DNA of 63,858 nucleotides, the filler included. It is 7 parts of 7 records of this genome, joined end to end, with 100 filler letters (N's around TTAATTAATTAA, not from the genome) between each part and the next. Parts side by side here need not be neighbours in the genome. Positions count along the whole stretch, not along the records: positions 38,990 to 57,480 come from SRR31147125_16718; positions 57,581 to 63,858 come from SRR31147125_16788; 5 more parts are not named here. The stretch is one strand, 5' to 3'. The translations under genes and the position numbers were made by a program. Positions 53,219 through 63,858 of this stretch are shown piece by piece (position 1 is the first letter of the stretch; each line of letters starts with the position of its first letter). The notes under the pieces are model-generated. The model saw nothing but the letters and a program-made list of their open reading frames with translations, was not told the DNA's origin and did no database searches.

Positions 53219-53361
53219 TATTACCTCACTTAAAATTTTTCACATTATCGATTCTACATTACCCTGCAATTAATGTCAAAATCATAGAGAACATAAAAGG
53301 GGCTCTCTTATGTTGAGTAAGCCCCATATTATTTCTTTACTAAAGATCAATAAACTTGAGA

Positions 53362-54405
53362 TTATTTGAGGTGCCTTTCAAGGAATTCAATCTGATCCCT
53401 TACTGCTGCTTCAAAGTTGTCACCTTTATATATATCAAAATGTCCAATTGGATATTTCTTTACGGTGGCAAGTTCGCCTAAAATTTGTTTGGCATTTTTA
53501 TAAGACTTCTCCGATACAAGATTATCTTTTTCGCAGATCAAAAGCAGCACAGGACACTCAACACCCGATGCATAATCAACAGGATTTTTGCTAGGTTCAA
53601 TCATCGATCTAGCGCAAACCTCATTGACAAAAGTTGCATCAACCAACGATGAATACCCCTCATAGGCTCCGGGTGCATTTAAAAAAGCAAACTGTCCTTC
53701 TTTAGCCACAATCGGTATCGTGTGTGCCGAAAGCCCAAACCTTGATCTCCCTTTATCCCTTTGTGCATGCATAAACATTTTTATAAAGTAAGCTACCCCA
53801 AGTCTTTCTACAGCTATCTCACCATCAGCCTTAGTATCTAACGAAGGGCATTGTCCAATAATACATGCAATATCCTTGTCTTCGGATGCCTTAATTAAAC
53901 CATAACCGCCTGCTGCAGAAGTACCCCACAGAGCAATTTTTCCAGCGTCAATCTCATCTCTTTGCCTTGCATATTCTATAGCTGCTATCAGATCATCTAG
54001 TTGTTTAACCATTGAATACAACTGACGTGGATGACCTTCGCTAGAGCCAAATCCTCTATAATCATATAACAGCGATGCAATACCAGCTTTTTGAAACCTA
54101 ATGGCATACTGTTCAAGAATCATCCCTCTAGTACCGCCAAATCCATTGCTCATTACAACACAACTCACTGGTTCACTGGTGCCAATTGGAAGAAATAGCT
54201 TTGCATCTATCCTATCTCCATCAACTTCAAAAGATACAGCCTCAACTCCATCCTGCTGCTTAACACCCAGAGTAATATCCTGCCCTGCTAACATATGAAC
54301 TTTTTTCACTTGTAAAACAGGCAAGAATATAATTGTAACCAAGTATACAATTATAACTGCAATAAGCGAACCAAAAATAATTCCGACAATTTTCAATACT
54401 ATCAT
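53362..54405 (-). CDS. Alpha/beta hydrolase with N-terminal TM helix
   Basis: YDYRGFGSSEG; WGTSAAGG; GHFDIY; SD AAGGAGG. Confidence 0.88.
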   Translation of the reverse strand: MIVLKIVGIIFGSLIAVIIVYLVTIIFLPVLQVKKVHMLAGQDITLGVKQQDGVEAVSFEVDGDRIDAKLFLPIGTSEPVSCVVMSNGFGGTRGMILEQYAIRFQKAGIASLLYDYRGFGSSEGHPRQLYSMVKQLDDLIAAIEYARQRDEIDAGKIALWGTSAAGGYGLIKASEDKDIACIIGQCPSLDTKADGEIAVERLGVAYFIKMFMHAQRDKGRSRFGLSAHTIPIVAKEGQFAFLNAPGAYEGYSSLVDATFVNEVCARSMIEPSKNPVDYASGVECPVLLLICEKDNLVSEKSYKNAKQILGELATVKKYPIGHFDIYKGDNFEAAVRDQIEFLERHLK

Positions 54406-54427
54406 GATATCCTCCTTACAACTTTCA

Positions 54428-55030
54428 TTAAACGTTAGACTTAATAAGTGAGAAGATGAATTTATACATCTCATCAATTGCTTCTACCGAATCTTTCATA
54501 GTGGTATTAAAAGTAGAAGTGACACCGATGCCATGACGTATGTTCATAAACAGCTTTGCCGTTTTATCCACATCAATTCCTTTTTTAACTTCACCTACTT
54601 TTATGCTGTTTGTAATGATCGCCTTCCACTTCATAGTTTCTAATTCATGTATACGATATGATTGCTCCGCTAACTTAGGGTCTATTCCAAGTGCTTGAAA
54701 GGTCAAAATAAAGTAATTCAGCATACCGATATTATCAGGAATAGTTGAGCTGTCTAGCATGATTCTTGCCTCTTTTATCCTGTTTTCAAGGTACTTTGAT
54801 AGTAAAATACCATTCCAATCATCTGGGTTTTCTTCATGTTTGGCAGCTTTAAAATAGTGTTCCATTACAGCTGTAAAAAGCTCTTCCTTGCTTGCAAAAT
54901 AGTGGTAAAGTGTTGCCCTTCCAATATTAGCCTGCTTTTGTATCATACTAATCGAAACAGAATCATAACCTTTTTCTAGAAACAACAAATATGCTTTTTC
55001 CAGAATTACGCCCTTAGTATCTTTTTTCAT
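54428..55030 (-). CDS. TetR/AcrR-family regulator
   Basis: LFLEKGY..IGRATLYHYFASKEEL. Confidence 0.92.
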   Translation of the reverse strand: MKKDTKGVILEKAYLLFLEKGYDSVSISMIQKQANIGRATLYHYFASKEELFTAVMEHYFKAAKHEENPDDWNGILLSKYLENRIKEARIMLDSSTIPDNIGMLNYFILTFQALGIDPKLAEQSYRIHELETMKWKAIITNSIKVGEVKKGIDVDKTAKLFMNIRHGIGVTSTFNTTMKDSVEAIDEMYKFIFSLIKSNV

Positions 55031-55043
55031 AACATTATCCTTT

Positions 55044-55101
55044 CAATAATAGACCGACTGTTCGTTCTATTATTGTATCACAGGATAAATGGCTTTGTCA
55101 A
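55044..55101 (-). promoter_or_regulatory. Promoter and TetR operator
   Basis: Minus-strand TTGACA-N18-TACAAT with extended TG, overlapping the inverted repeat CAATAATAGA-N12-TCTATTATTG. Confidence 0.7.
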
Positions 55102-55778
55102 AGAAAAGTTATTCTGCGGATCATATGGACAAAAGTTATAAAGTTTAGCAATATAAATAATGTAGAGATAGAGGGGTTTTGTTCCATGGATAAGAAGCGA
55201 TCATTCAAGATGTAGCAGATCTCAGTAATACAATAAAAAACAAGACTAGATGGGATTTTCTGCTATTTAATTTGAATAAATATGAAAAGTATTCATCTTA
55301 TATTGGTGAACTGGATGACAATTCGCGTATAGCTTTTTAGAAGAAGGATATATAAGATCGTTCATTACCAATATCGAATTTGATGAAGCGCTAATTAGGT
55401 TGATACAACCAGAAAAAATGATTAGCTATGGTTTTGCCTTTAATCGCCCAAACTTAGTAATCAGCAAACAAAAAAGCTTAATATCGTTAAAAAATTATTT
55501 TCAAAAAGGACAAGCCGACTTTTAGCAGACCTTTACTTGTTTTTTCATTGGTTTTATAGAGTAGCTGAGTATACGAGATATTGAGAAGCTTCGATAGCTC
55601 GTTTCTATCCGGCGCTAATTGGTTTAGCATCACAAAAACTCGGATTTTGATAGCATTACGCGTGCACTAAGTGATACCAAAAAATTGGAGATATTCTGAG
55701 TTATGCCAAAACACGTAGCACCGTATTTTCTTACTCGCTGCCAAAGTTCAAACAAAGAGTATGCTCATTATTGTCTGT

Positions 55779-57480
55779 TTACTCAAATTCATTATTTATT
55801 TGAGCTATTTTAGCTTTCTCACACCCAACTAATTCTTTTAAATCTATTGTTTTGTTTTTAACACCTTCAACAAAAACAGAAGCAAGCTTTTCATCAAATT
55901 GAGTACCTGAATTGTTTTCCAATTCAGATATGGCTGTTTTTAAAGAAAGTGCTTTCCTATAAGGTCTATCCGATATCATGCTTTCAAATGCATCCACAAC
56001 AGATAAAACGCGGCCTTCTAATGGTATCCCATCGCCTTTAATTCCTCTAGGGTATCCCTTACCATCAATCCTCTCGTGATGGCTAACTACAGCCGGAATA
56101 AACCGCACCAAGCCTGGCATATGTTTCATGAAATAGGTTGAATAATCAACATGCTTTTTCATAATCCGCATTTCTTCATCAGTTAAAAATGTTGTTTTAA
56201 TAAGAACATCTTCTGGCACTCCTATTTTACCGATATCATGTAATATTCCTGCTAATTCAATTATCTCTATCATGGACGAATCCAAACATAATTGCTTAGC
56301 TAGCTGTCCACCCAGTAAAGATACATTTTTTGAGTGTCCATACGTATAGTTATCTTTATGATCAATTGATTCTGCCATCGAAAAAACAGCTTTAAAATAG
56401 AGTTGCTCAAAGTCAAAAGTCGTTTCGTCAAGCCCTTGCAAGTTAGATTTTTTTGCTTCGTATATCCCTAAATCCTTCTGTTCGCTAGGTATTGAGGAAA
56501 TTTGATTTTGGTTGTATATAATACATCTATTTTTACCTTTTCTCTTTGCTGAATATAGCGCTAAATCCGCATACTTAAGAATGTCTCTAATGCTAAAATT
56601 GTCACTAATTTTTTTATGAGCTATCCCTATACTTACGGTCAAAAAACCCTTTAATTCAGCGTCCGAATCTACTGTAAATATCTTTTCTACATTTTCTCTT
56701 ATAATTTCACCAATAGAATATGCTTCATTCTCATCTTTATCTGGTAAGAAAACTACAAATTCCTCACCACCCATTCTAATGGCAGTCCCTTGTTCTCTAA
56801 TTATTTCGGCAATATGTTTTATAGCATTATCTCCAGCCATATGACCATAAAGATCGTTATAAGATTTAAATATATCAATATCTATAAAAAGAATTGAGTA
56901 TTTTTGAATTTCGCCTTCTTCTGTAGATTTTCTTACTTCATCTTCAAAGTATCTATGATTATGAAGCCCTGTTAATGCATCTACATACGATTCTTCTATT
57001 GCGCTTTTGTACAAAACAGCATTTTCTATTGCAACTGCTGTGCTGTTCAAGAGCGAATGCATGATATCCATATCTTCTTCTCTATAAATCGTACTCTCAG
57101 ATCTAAATTTAAGCAATAATATACCAATCAAACGTTCTCTTTGAAAAACAGGGAACATTATTTCATAATTCTCCTGCTTAAGTATCTCTTTTTCAGTATT
57201 CCACAACGAAGAAAAGTAAGTATTTGTCAATAATTGATACTTATACAATTCCTCTTTTTCCTTTGCCAGCCATTTTACAATTGGATGCTTTAAATCTAGT
57301 TCTAAAGGATAATAACTATCTTTTGTTGAGCTTACTATTGAATACTTGTCATCTTCTTTTACCATTAATGATAAATAATCTGTATCAAACGCAGTTGTAA
57401 TTGCTGTAAATAAAAGATTAGAAAGCTCATCAATATCCAAAATATTATTAATTTCCTTACCAAAATTATTTAAAGCTTCT
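55779..57480 (-). CDS. GAF-GGDEF-HD-GYP cyclic di-GMP protein, 5'-truncated
   Basis: DALTGLHN; GGEEF; HDIGK; HHERIDGKGYP. Confidence 0.92.
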
Positions 57481-57580
57481 NNNNNNNNNNNNNNNNNNNN
57501 NNNNNNNNNNNNNNNNNNNNNNNNTTAATTAATTAANNNNNNNNNNNNNNNNNNNNNNNNNNNNNNNNNNNNNNNNNNNN
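57481..57580. other. Artificial contig spacer
   Basis: N44-TTAATTAATTAA-N44. Confidence 0.98.
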
Positions 57581-57899
57581 CCCCTGTATCAACCAGGGCA
57601 TCAGAAAAGGCATGGGAAAATCCCAGCTGGAAGGGAAACTGGCCGTGGAATCCGGCTACTGGCCGCTTTACCGTTACAATCCCCAGCTCACATCCCAAGG
57701 GAAGAACCCCTTTACCCTGGATTCCAAGGCCCCGGACGGAACCCTTCAGGAGTTTTTGAGCGGCGAGGTTCGTTTTGCCGCCCTGGAAAAGAGCTTACCT
57801 GAAGAGTCCAAACGCCTGAGAGCCATTATTGAAGGGGAAATAACCGATAAGTATGAAATGTTGAAAATGATGTCTGAGGCGGGAAAAGAAGAGAAATAA
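57581..57899 (+). CDS. nifJ: C-terminus of pyruvate:ferredoxin/flavodoxin oxidoreductase
   Basis: PCINQGI..AVESGYWPLYRYNP..NPFTLDSK..GEVRF. Confidence 0.88.
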
Positions 57900-57929
57900 T
57901 CATCCGTCTTTAAATTAAGATATGAAAAA

Positions 57930-57970
57930 CTAAAAGGGCTGGAAGTCTTTCTTCCGGCCCTTTTGGTTTT
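57930..57970 (+). terminator. Rho-independent terminator
   Basis: AAAAGGGCTGGAAG / CTTCCGGCCCTTTT followed by T-rich tract. Confidence 0.75.
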
Positions 57971-58036
57971 AAAGGCAGGAAAAATACTTTACAGCGTCGG
58001 CAGTCTTTATTATTTTGCCTGGCAAATGGAACCTGG

Positions 58037-59332
58037 ATGAGATCAAGCAGTATGGATATATTGGGGTGTGTGAAAAAAATGGGGCAGAGAATATCAAAAG
58101 GGTATGGTAAAATTATTCTTGTCTCCAGCCTCATATTTGTTCTTATTTCAGCGGTGCCCGTGGTGGATACAGGGACCCATACCTTCCCGGGTAAATTTTT
58201 GTCCGACTATCTTACCCCTGTGCTTATGGCTTCCCCCCAAAACCGGACCATATCCGGCCGGATCCAGAGCGGAGAGACAGCCTCATCCCTGCTAAAAGAC
58301 TATATCCCGTTGAGCACCATCTATGACCTGGATGTCCGGGCTAAAAAAATATTTCCTCTGACGCGCATCCGTAAAGGCCGTCCCTATAAGATCCAGGTGG
58401 TGGAGGATACTCTGGTCTCCTTTGAATATGAGATTAACGACCAGGACCGCCTGTGCATCCGAAAAGAAGATGATTGTTTTTCCATTGCCCGGGTGCCCAT
58501 TGAGTATGAAATTTACCAGGAAGTGGTTGGCGTAGATATCCGCACCACCCTGTCCGAAGCGGTCAGCCGGGCCCATGAAGGTAGGTCTCTGACCTGGAAG
58601 CTTTCGGAAATCTTTGCCTGGGATATTGATTTTATCCGGGATATCCGGCCCGGTGATGCATTCAGGGTGGCAGTGGAAAAAAAGTATAGAAATGGAAAAT
58701 TTGCCGGGTACGGTGATATAAAGGCGGCCTTTTTTACCAACCAGGGCAGGGTATTTCAGGCCTTTCTCTTTGAGGATAAGCAGGGAGGAAAACAATATTA
58801 TGATGAAAAGGGCAACAGCCTTGAAAAGGCATTCTTAAAGGCCCCTTTAAATTATTCCCGCATATCCTCACCCTTTTCATCCCGAAGGTTTCATCCTATT
58901 TTAAAACAATACCGGGCCCATCCGGGTGTGGATTATGTTGCCCCGAAAAATACCCCCATCAAGGCAGTGGGCAATGGGATTATCAAATCCATTTACTATA
59001 GAAATAGCTCGGGACGGCAGATTACCATCAGCCATGCCAATGGGTATGAGACCTCCTATTTTCACATGAACAAGTATGCCGCAGGTATGGCAAAGGGTAA
59101 AAAAGTGAACCAGGGAGATATCATCGGCTATGTGGGAAGGACCGGCCTTGCCACAGGATATCACTTGTGTTTTCGCATGCGAAAGAACGGCAAACCCGTC
59201 AATCCCCTGAACCAGGCCCCGAGAAATGCCAAACCTGTTGATCCCGGACAGATGGACCGGTTCAAACTTCTGGCTGGAAAATATACTCAAATGATCCAGG
59301 CCCATCAAAAATTGGCCAAGTCATCATCCTGA
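58037..59332 (+). CDS. M23 peptidoglycan DD-endopeptidase (MepM-like); start uncertain
   Basis: IFAWDIDF; RISSPF..RFHPI; HPGVDY; YFHM; TGYHLCF. Confidence 0.9.
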   Translation: MRSSSMDILGCVKKMGQRISKGYGKIILVSSLIFVLISAVPVVDTGTHTFPGKFLSDYLTPVLMASPQNRTISGRIQSGETASSLLKDYIPLSTIYDLDVRAKKIFPLTRIRKGRPYKIQVVEDTLVSFEYEINDQDRLCIRKEDDCFSIARVPIEYEIYQEVVGVDIRTTLSEAVSRAHEGRSLTWKLSEIFAWDIDFIRDIRPGDAFRVAVEKKYRNGKFAGYGDIKAAFFTNQGRVFQAFLFEDKQGGKQYYDEKGNSLEKAFLKAPLNYSRISSPFSSRRFHPILKQYRAHPGVDYVAPKNTPIKAVGNGIIKSIYYRNSSGRQITISHANGYETSYFHMNKYAAGMAKGKKVNQGDIIGYVGRTGLATGYHLCFRMRKNGKPVNPLNQAPRNAKPVDPGQMDRFKLLAGKYTQMIQAHQKLAKSSS

Positions 59333-59517
59333 TCAATTTATTTTCCTAATATTTAGGGGATGGGTGGTCATTGACATATCAGGCCTGACAGTCTAAGATT
59401 TTTAAAATCTTAATTTCGCTGACGGCAATGGGTATATTGCCGATTTCCGGACCTCGGGGGTCACAATTATAATACTTCCCCGTCGTGCAAAAATAATATT
59501 TAAACCGGAGCCTTACC

Positions 59518-62500
59518 ATGCGTTGGGAAAAACTGGTTGCCTTCCTGATTATGATGGCGGTATTCACCGTCCCCGGGACGGTCATTGCAAATCCAGCCCC
59601 AAACAGCTTTCATCTCAAGCCTGAAGAGATAACCTGGCTTAAGTCCCATCCTGTTATCCGCGTGGGGATTATGCCGGAGTGGCCCCCCTTGGACTATGTG
59701 GACCGGTTGGGAACCCCCAGGGGAATCGGGGTGGATTATCTGAATCTTCTCAACAGCCGTCTCAAGGGTGCCATTACCATTGTTCCCATGCCCTTTCACC
59801 AGGGAATGGCTGCGGTTAAATCCGGGGAACTGGATGCCCTCATGGATATTACGGCGCGAAAAGACCGGGAAGCCTGGTTCCACTTCACCCGGCCCTATAT
59901 CATCATTCCCCATGTTTTTGTGGGCCGCGCCAATGGCCCTTATGTGACAACGGAGAAGGATCTGGCCGGAAAAACAGTGGCCCTTGAAAAGGATTTTTAT
60001 ACTGTCCGTTATTTCAGGGAAAAGTATCCTAAAGTCGGGATAAAAGAGTATCCCAGCACCGATATGGCCCTGGAGGCTGTGGTCAGAGGAGAGGCAGATG
60101 CCTATGCGGGTAACCGGGCTGTGGCCATGTATATCATTGAAAATAAATTAATGACCACCCTCCAGGTCCAGGGCCGCCTGGATAAGCCTCCGGTCCTGAT
60201 CTGCATGGGGGTGAGAAAAGATTTGCCCAAGCTGGCCGGGATCCTGAACCGGGCATTTTCATCCCTTACCGTGGCAGAGGAGCGGCAGATCCGGGAAAAC
60301 TGGTTTGAGGCGCCTGCCCCCACAATCACCGCCTCAGATCTTCCCTCCCCGGTGAATTTCAACGGGGCGGTATTTGTTCTAAAAAGTATCCTGGCGGTGT
60401 TTTTTGTAATTCTGGTCATGGTGTTTCTGGTCTGGGCGGTTAAAGGCCGTCCGAAAACCCTGTCTTTGAGGGGCATTTTTTTCGGGGTTTCCCTGGTATT
60501 TACCGGTATGATTCTGGCCATCTGTGCCTTTGCCCTCCAGCTCTTGCACATGGAAAAAAAATTATCTGAGATCGAGGCGGGAAAATATAAGGCCATGGAC
60601 CTGGCCTATGAATTACAGCAGTCATCAGATGACCTGACCCGGTTTGCAAGGATTTTTTCGGTCACCGGGGAGTTTAAATTCGAAGCCTATTATAAGGATA
60701 TCATCGCCATAAGGGACGGGGCTAAAGCCCATCCGGGGAACCGGGTCCCCTCTTATTGGTATCATGTGGCTGCGGAAACGGTGAAACTCGACGAAACCGG
60801 CGAAATTTACAGTATTACAGAGAGAATGGAAGAGCTGAACCTGTCCTTGGAGGAAAAAGCTGCGCTTTCCCAGGCCATTAAAAAATCCGATGAGCTTATT
60901 TATTTGGAAACCATTGCCATGAATGCGGTCAAGGGATTGTCCCGGGATGCAGAGGGCAACTACACCCGGGTGGGAGAACCGGATCGGCGGCTGGCAAGGG
61001 ATCTTTTGAACGGACCGTCCTATCATCTGGCCAAGTCAAAAATAATGGTATTCATTGATAGATTCACCTTTCTTCTGGAAAAGCGGATCGGTAAAGAGGG
61101 AAATCTGCTGGGTTACAGGGCAAAGGCGCTGCTGGTGGCTGTGATCACCCTGACCGTTTTAACCATCCTGTTTTCGGTGTTTGCCTTTTTTCTGCTCAAA
61201 CGGAGGATCATCACCCCCCTGTACCAGCTGAAATCCGGTGCCACTATTCTCAAGGAAGGGGATTATTCCCATCATATTAAGATGGGAACCGGGGATGAAT
61301 TGGGGGATCTTGCCAAAACCTTTAATGCCATGGCAGACAGTATACGGGACCGGACCGCCCGGCTGAGAAGCATCGTTGATACAGCCATTGACGCCATTGT
61401 TGTCATTGGCAGGGATGGGATTATCCGGGAGTTCAGCCCGGCCGCGGAAACTATGTTCGGATATAGCGCCCGGGAGGTTGTGGGACAAAATATTTCCATA
61501 CTCATGCCGGATCAGGACAGGGAAACCCATGACAATCACCTTAAAAGTCCTCGGAAAAGTCAAAAATCCTGGGAAAACGATTTGAAACCCAGGGTCGGAC
61601 AAAAGAGGGGATTCTTTTTCCAATAAGCATCTCTGTTTCCGAGGCCAGGGTGGGAAAGGAGCGGTTGTTCACTGGCATTATCCGGGATATTACCGAGCGA
61701 AAACGCATTGAACAGGCCAGGCGGGCCTCCCTGAAAATGAATCAGATGACTGATACGGCATCGGAAAGGGATATTCTGGCCTTTGGCCTTGAGACCTGCG
61801 TTGGCCTGACAGCCAGCCGGCTGGGATTTTTTCATTTTCTCGGTCCTGACGGGAAAACCATTGACCGCCAGATCTGGTCCGGCCAGGTGGAAAAGGGGTG
61901 CACCATGGAGTTGTCCTCTTTTCATCATGATGTGGATCAGGCTGGGGTATGGGCTGACTGCCTTCGTAAAAAAATTCCAGTGATTCACAACGCTTACGAT
62001 TCTGATCAACTTGTCCAGGGGCATCTTCCCCTGGAACGCGGCCTCTATGTTCCGGTGATGGAAAAAGAGATGGCCGTGGCAGTATTGGGGGTGGCCAACA
62101 GCTGTCAGCCCTATCTTCAGCATGATATTGAAATTATCTCCATGCTCTCTACAATCTGTGGGGAATTGTGAAACGGAAACGGGCGGCCAAGCGGGTCAGG
62201 GAAAATGAGGAACGCCTGAATATGGTTCTCAGGGGGGAAATCTGGGATACTGGGATGTCAATCTAAAGACCCGGGAAACCATAGTGAACAAGCGCTGGGC
62301 CGAATTGTTCGGATATGACCTGGAAGAGGTGCAAGGGTCCTATGAGGTCTGGAAGAAGACCATTCATCCCGATGACCGGGAGATGGTGATGGCTGCAGGA
62401 AAGGATTATCTGGCCGGCCAAACTGACTCCTATGAGGTGGAATATCGGGTGGTGACAAAGGCCAATGAAATTAGGTGGCAGATATCCAGGGGGGCCATTA

Positions 62501-62724
62501 TGGAGCGGGACCAGTCCAAAAGCCCCTTGAGAATGGCCGGAACCGTTTTGGATATTACGGAAAAAAAGGTCATAGAAGAGGAACTCAGGCAGAACATGGA
62601 GGATTTAAAGCGATTTTCCAATATCGCCATCGGCCGGGAGGAAAAGATGATAGAGCTCAAGGAGGAGGTTAACACTCTGCACCGTGAAACAGGCCGGGGC
62701 CCGAAGTATACAATTGTGGAATAA
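59518..62724 (+). CDS. Membrane sensor with periplasmic binding, HAMP, PAS, GAF and PAS domains and no output domain (about three indels)
   Basis: SBP_bac_3-like N-terminus; DELGDLAKTFNAM (HAMP); PAS continues in another frame to RDITERK; GAF; IHPDD PAS; ends GREEKMIELKEEVN. Confidence 0.75.
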
Positions 62725-62763
62725 TCTAAGGGGCGGTTGCCGAACCGGTGCCCCTGGGGAGGA

Positions 62764-63294
62764 ATGATGTTCAAGGAAGCGCGAAAAACCCCCATGTTTC
62801 AATGGGATATGATCGGGGATATCGCCCTGGGGAGACCGAATCTTGGGGCTGGCATGGATGTAGCGGTTTACCGCTTGATGCAGTTTACCCTCAGGGATAT
62901 TTTAATAAAAGACCATGGGCCGGATGAGGCAGACCGAATTTTTTTCGATGCCGGAAAGCTTGCAGGCCGGGAGTTCTGCAAGGCCGTCATTAATAAGGAA
63001 GGCGACTTTTCAGCGTTTATCCGGCAGGTAACCGATCAATTGTCAAAACTTGGCATCGGTATTCTCCGGGTGGAGTCGACCAACTTTGAGGAGATGCGAT
63101 TTACCCTGACAGTGGCTGAGGATGTGGACTGCTCCGGTCTGCCGGTCTGCGACGAAACCGTGTGTACCTATGACGAAGGATTTATCAGCGGACTTATTTC
63201 TGAATATACGGGAGTGGCCCTCAAGGCGAGGGAAGTGGACTGCTGGTGTTCGGGAGACCGGGTATGCCGGTTTGAGGTGGAAAAGGTGGGTTAG
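62764..63294 (+). CDS. V4R (4-vinyl reductase) domain protein
   Basis: GRPNLG; YRLMQFTLRD; EDVDCSGLP; CTYDEGFISG; EVDCWCSGDRVCRF. Confidence 0.88.
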   Translation: MMFKEARKTPMFQWDMIGDIALGRPNLGAGMDVAVYRLMQFTLRDILIKDHGPDEADRIFFDAGKLAGREFCKAVINKEGDFSAFIRQVTDQLSKLGIGILRVESTNFEEMRFTLTVAEDVDCSGLPVCDETVCTYDEGFISGLISEYTGVALKAREVDCWCSGDRVCRFEVEKVG

Positions 63295-63297
63295 CCA

Positions 63298-63858
63298 ATG
63301 CTTAGGGTGGATGAGAAATATATTGACGCCATTTCCCAGGTCTTTTATCAGTTGCTTAACGGAGAGGAGCCCTCACCCATAACCCTGCCCGATGAATTCC
63401 CTGACAATGAAATCAGGCAGGTGGTGGGATATATCAACCGCTTTATCCGTGAATATGCCCGGGCAGCCAAATGGACTGCCGGTTTTTCAGCAGGGGACCT
63501 TCATACCTGCGCCCCTAAGACCAGGCTGTGCCTGGTCCAGTCCATGAAAAATCTTCAGGCCAGCCTGAAGAACCTGAGCTGGACCACCCAGCAGGTTTCC
63601 CAGGGGGATTTTGACCATGAAATTTCCTTTATGGGGGATTTTTCCCAGGCCTTTAACACCATGACCCGCCAGCTCAAAGGCCATTTTCTGGAACGGGAGC
63701 AGTCCACCCGGGCCCTGGAGGAGCAGGTCATGGAACTTGGCCGGGCCCGACGGGCCATGCTCAATATCATGGAGGACCTGGGTGAGGCCAAACAGGAAGC
63801 TGAGCAGGCCACCCGGGCCAAAAGCGACTTTCTGGCCAATATGAGCCATGAGATCCGC
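63298..63858 (+). CDS. HAMP-containing histidine kinase, 3'-truncated (absent from the ORF track)
   Basis: Open frame from ATG 63298; LQASLKNLSWTTQQVSQGDF..FMGDFSQAFNTM; ends AKSDFLANMSHEIR (H-box). Confidence 0.88.
   Translation, partial: MLRVDEKYIDAISQVFYQLLNGEEPSPITLPDEFPDNEIRQVVGYINRFIREYARAAKWTAGFSAGDLHTCAPKTRLCLVQSMKNLQASLKNLSWTTQQVSQGDFDHEISFMGDFSQAFNTMTRQLKGHFLEREQSTRALEEQVMELGRARRAMLNIMEDLGEAKQEAEQATRAKSDFLANMSHEIR

Noticed and set aside
55180-55770. Possible decayed gene or structured RNA between tetR and the GGDEF gene
   Set aside because: Only short broken frames; no family or convincing fold could be recognised by eye

Overview
This window is not one locus. It is seven unrelated contigs joined by 100-nt artificial spacers (N44-TTAATTAATTAA-N44). 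Many genes in every contig are split by single-base indels, usually in homopolymer runs, so most apparent frameshifts are probably sequencing errors. Contig 1 (1-7087): clpB with a CIRCE element, a lipoprotein adenosine-deaminase homologue and two oxidoreductases. Contig 2 (7188-13798): surface-polysaccharide cluster with a sulfotransferase. Contig 3 (13899-24524): secreted/membrane operon with a trypsin-like protease beside a defence island (DUF2971, fused R-M plus S subunit, hsdM stub, McrB). Contig 4 (24625-31079): small secreted protein, three DUF6034-like lipoprotein paralogues and an L,D-transpeptidase. Contig 5 (31180-38889): tRNA-Ser-adjacent filamentous (inovirus) prophage with M13/Ff-like gene order II/X-V-VII-IX-VIII-III-VI-I/XI, a repressor/AlpA switch, AT-rich cargo and an unusual Cys-rich pIII. 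Contig 6 (38990-57480): arabinofuranosidase locus, then accessory genes separated by repeated remnants of ICE virB6-like and prgI-like genes. Contig 7 (57581-63858): PFOR end, M23 peptidase and a sensor/V4R/histidine-kinase module. The most interesting items are the Ff-like prophage and the nested virB6/prgI cargo remnants. All family assignments come from motif recognition and recalled sequences; no searches were run.
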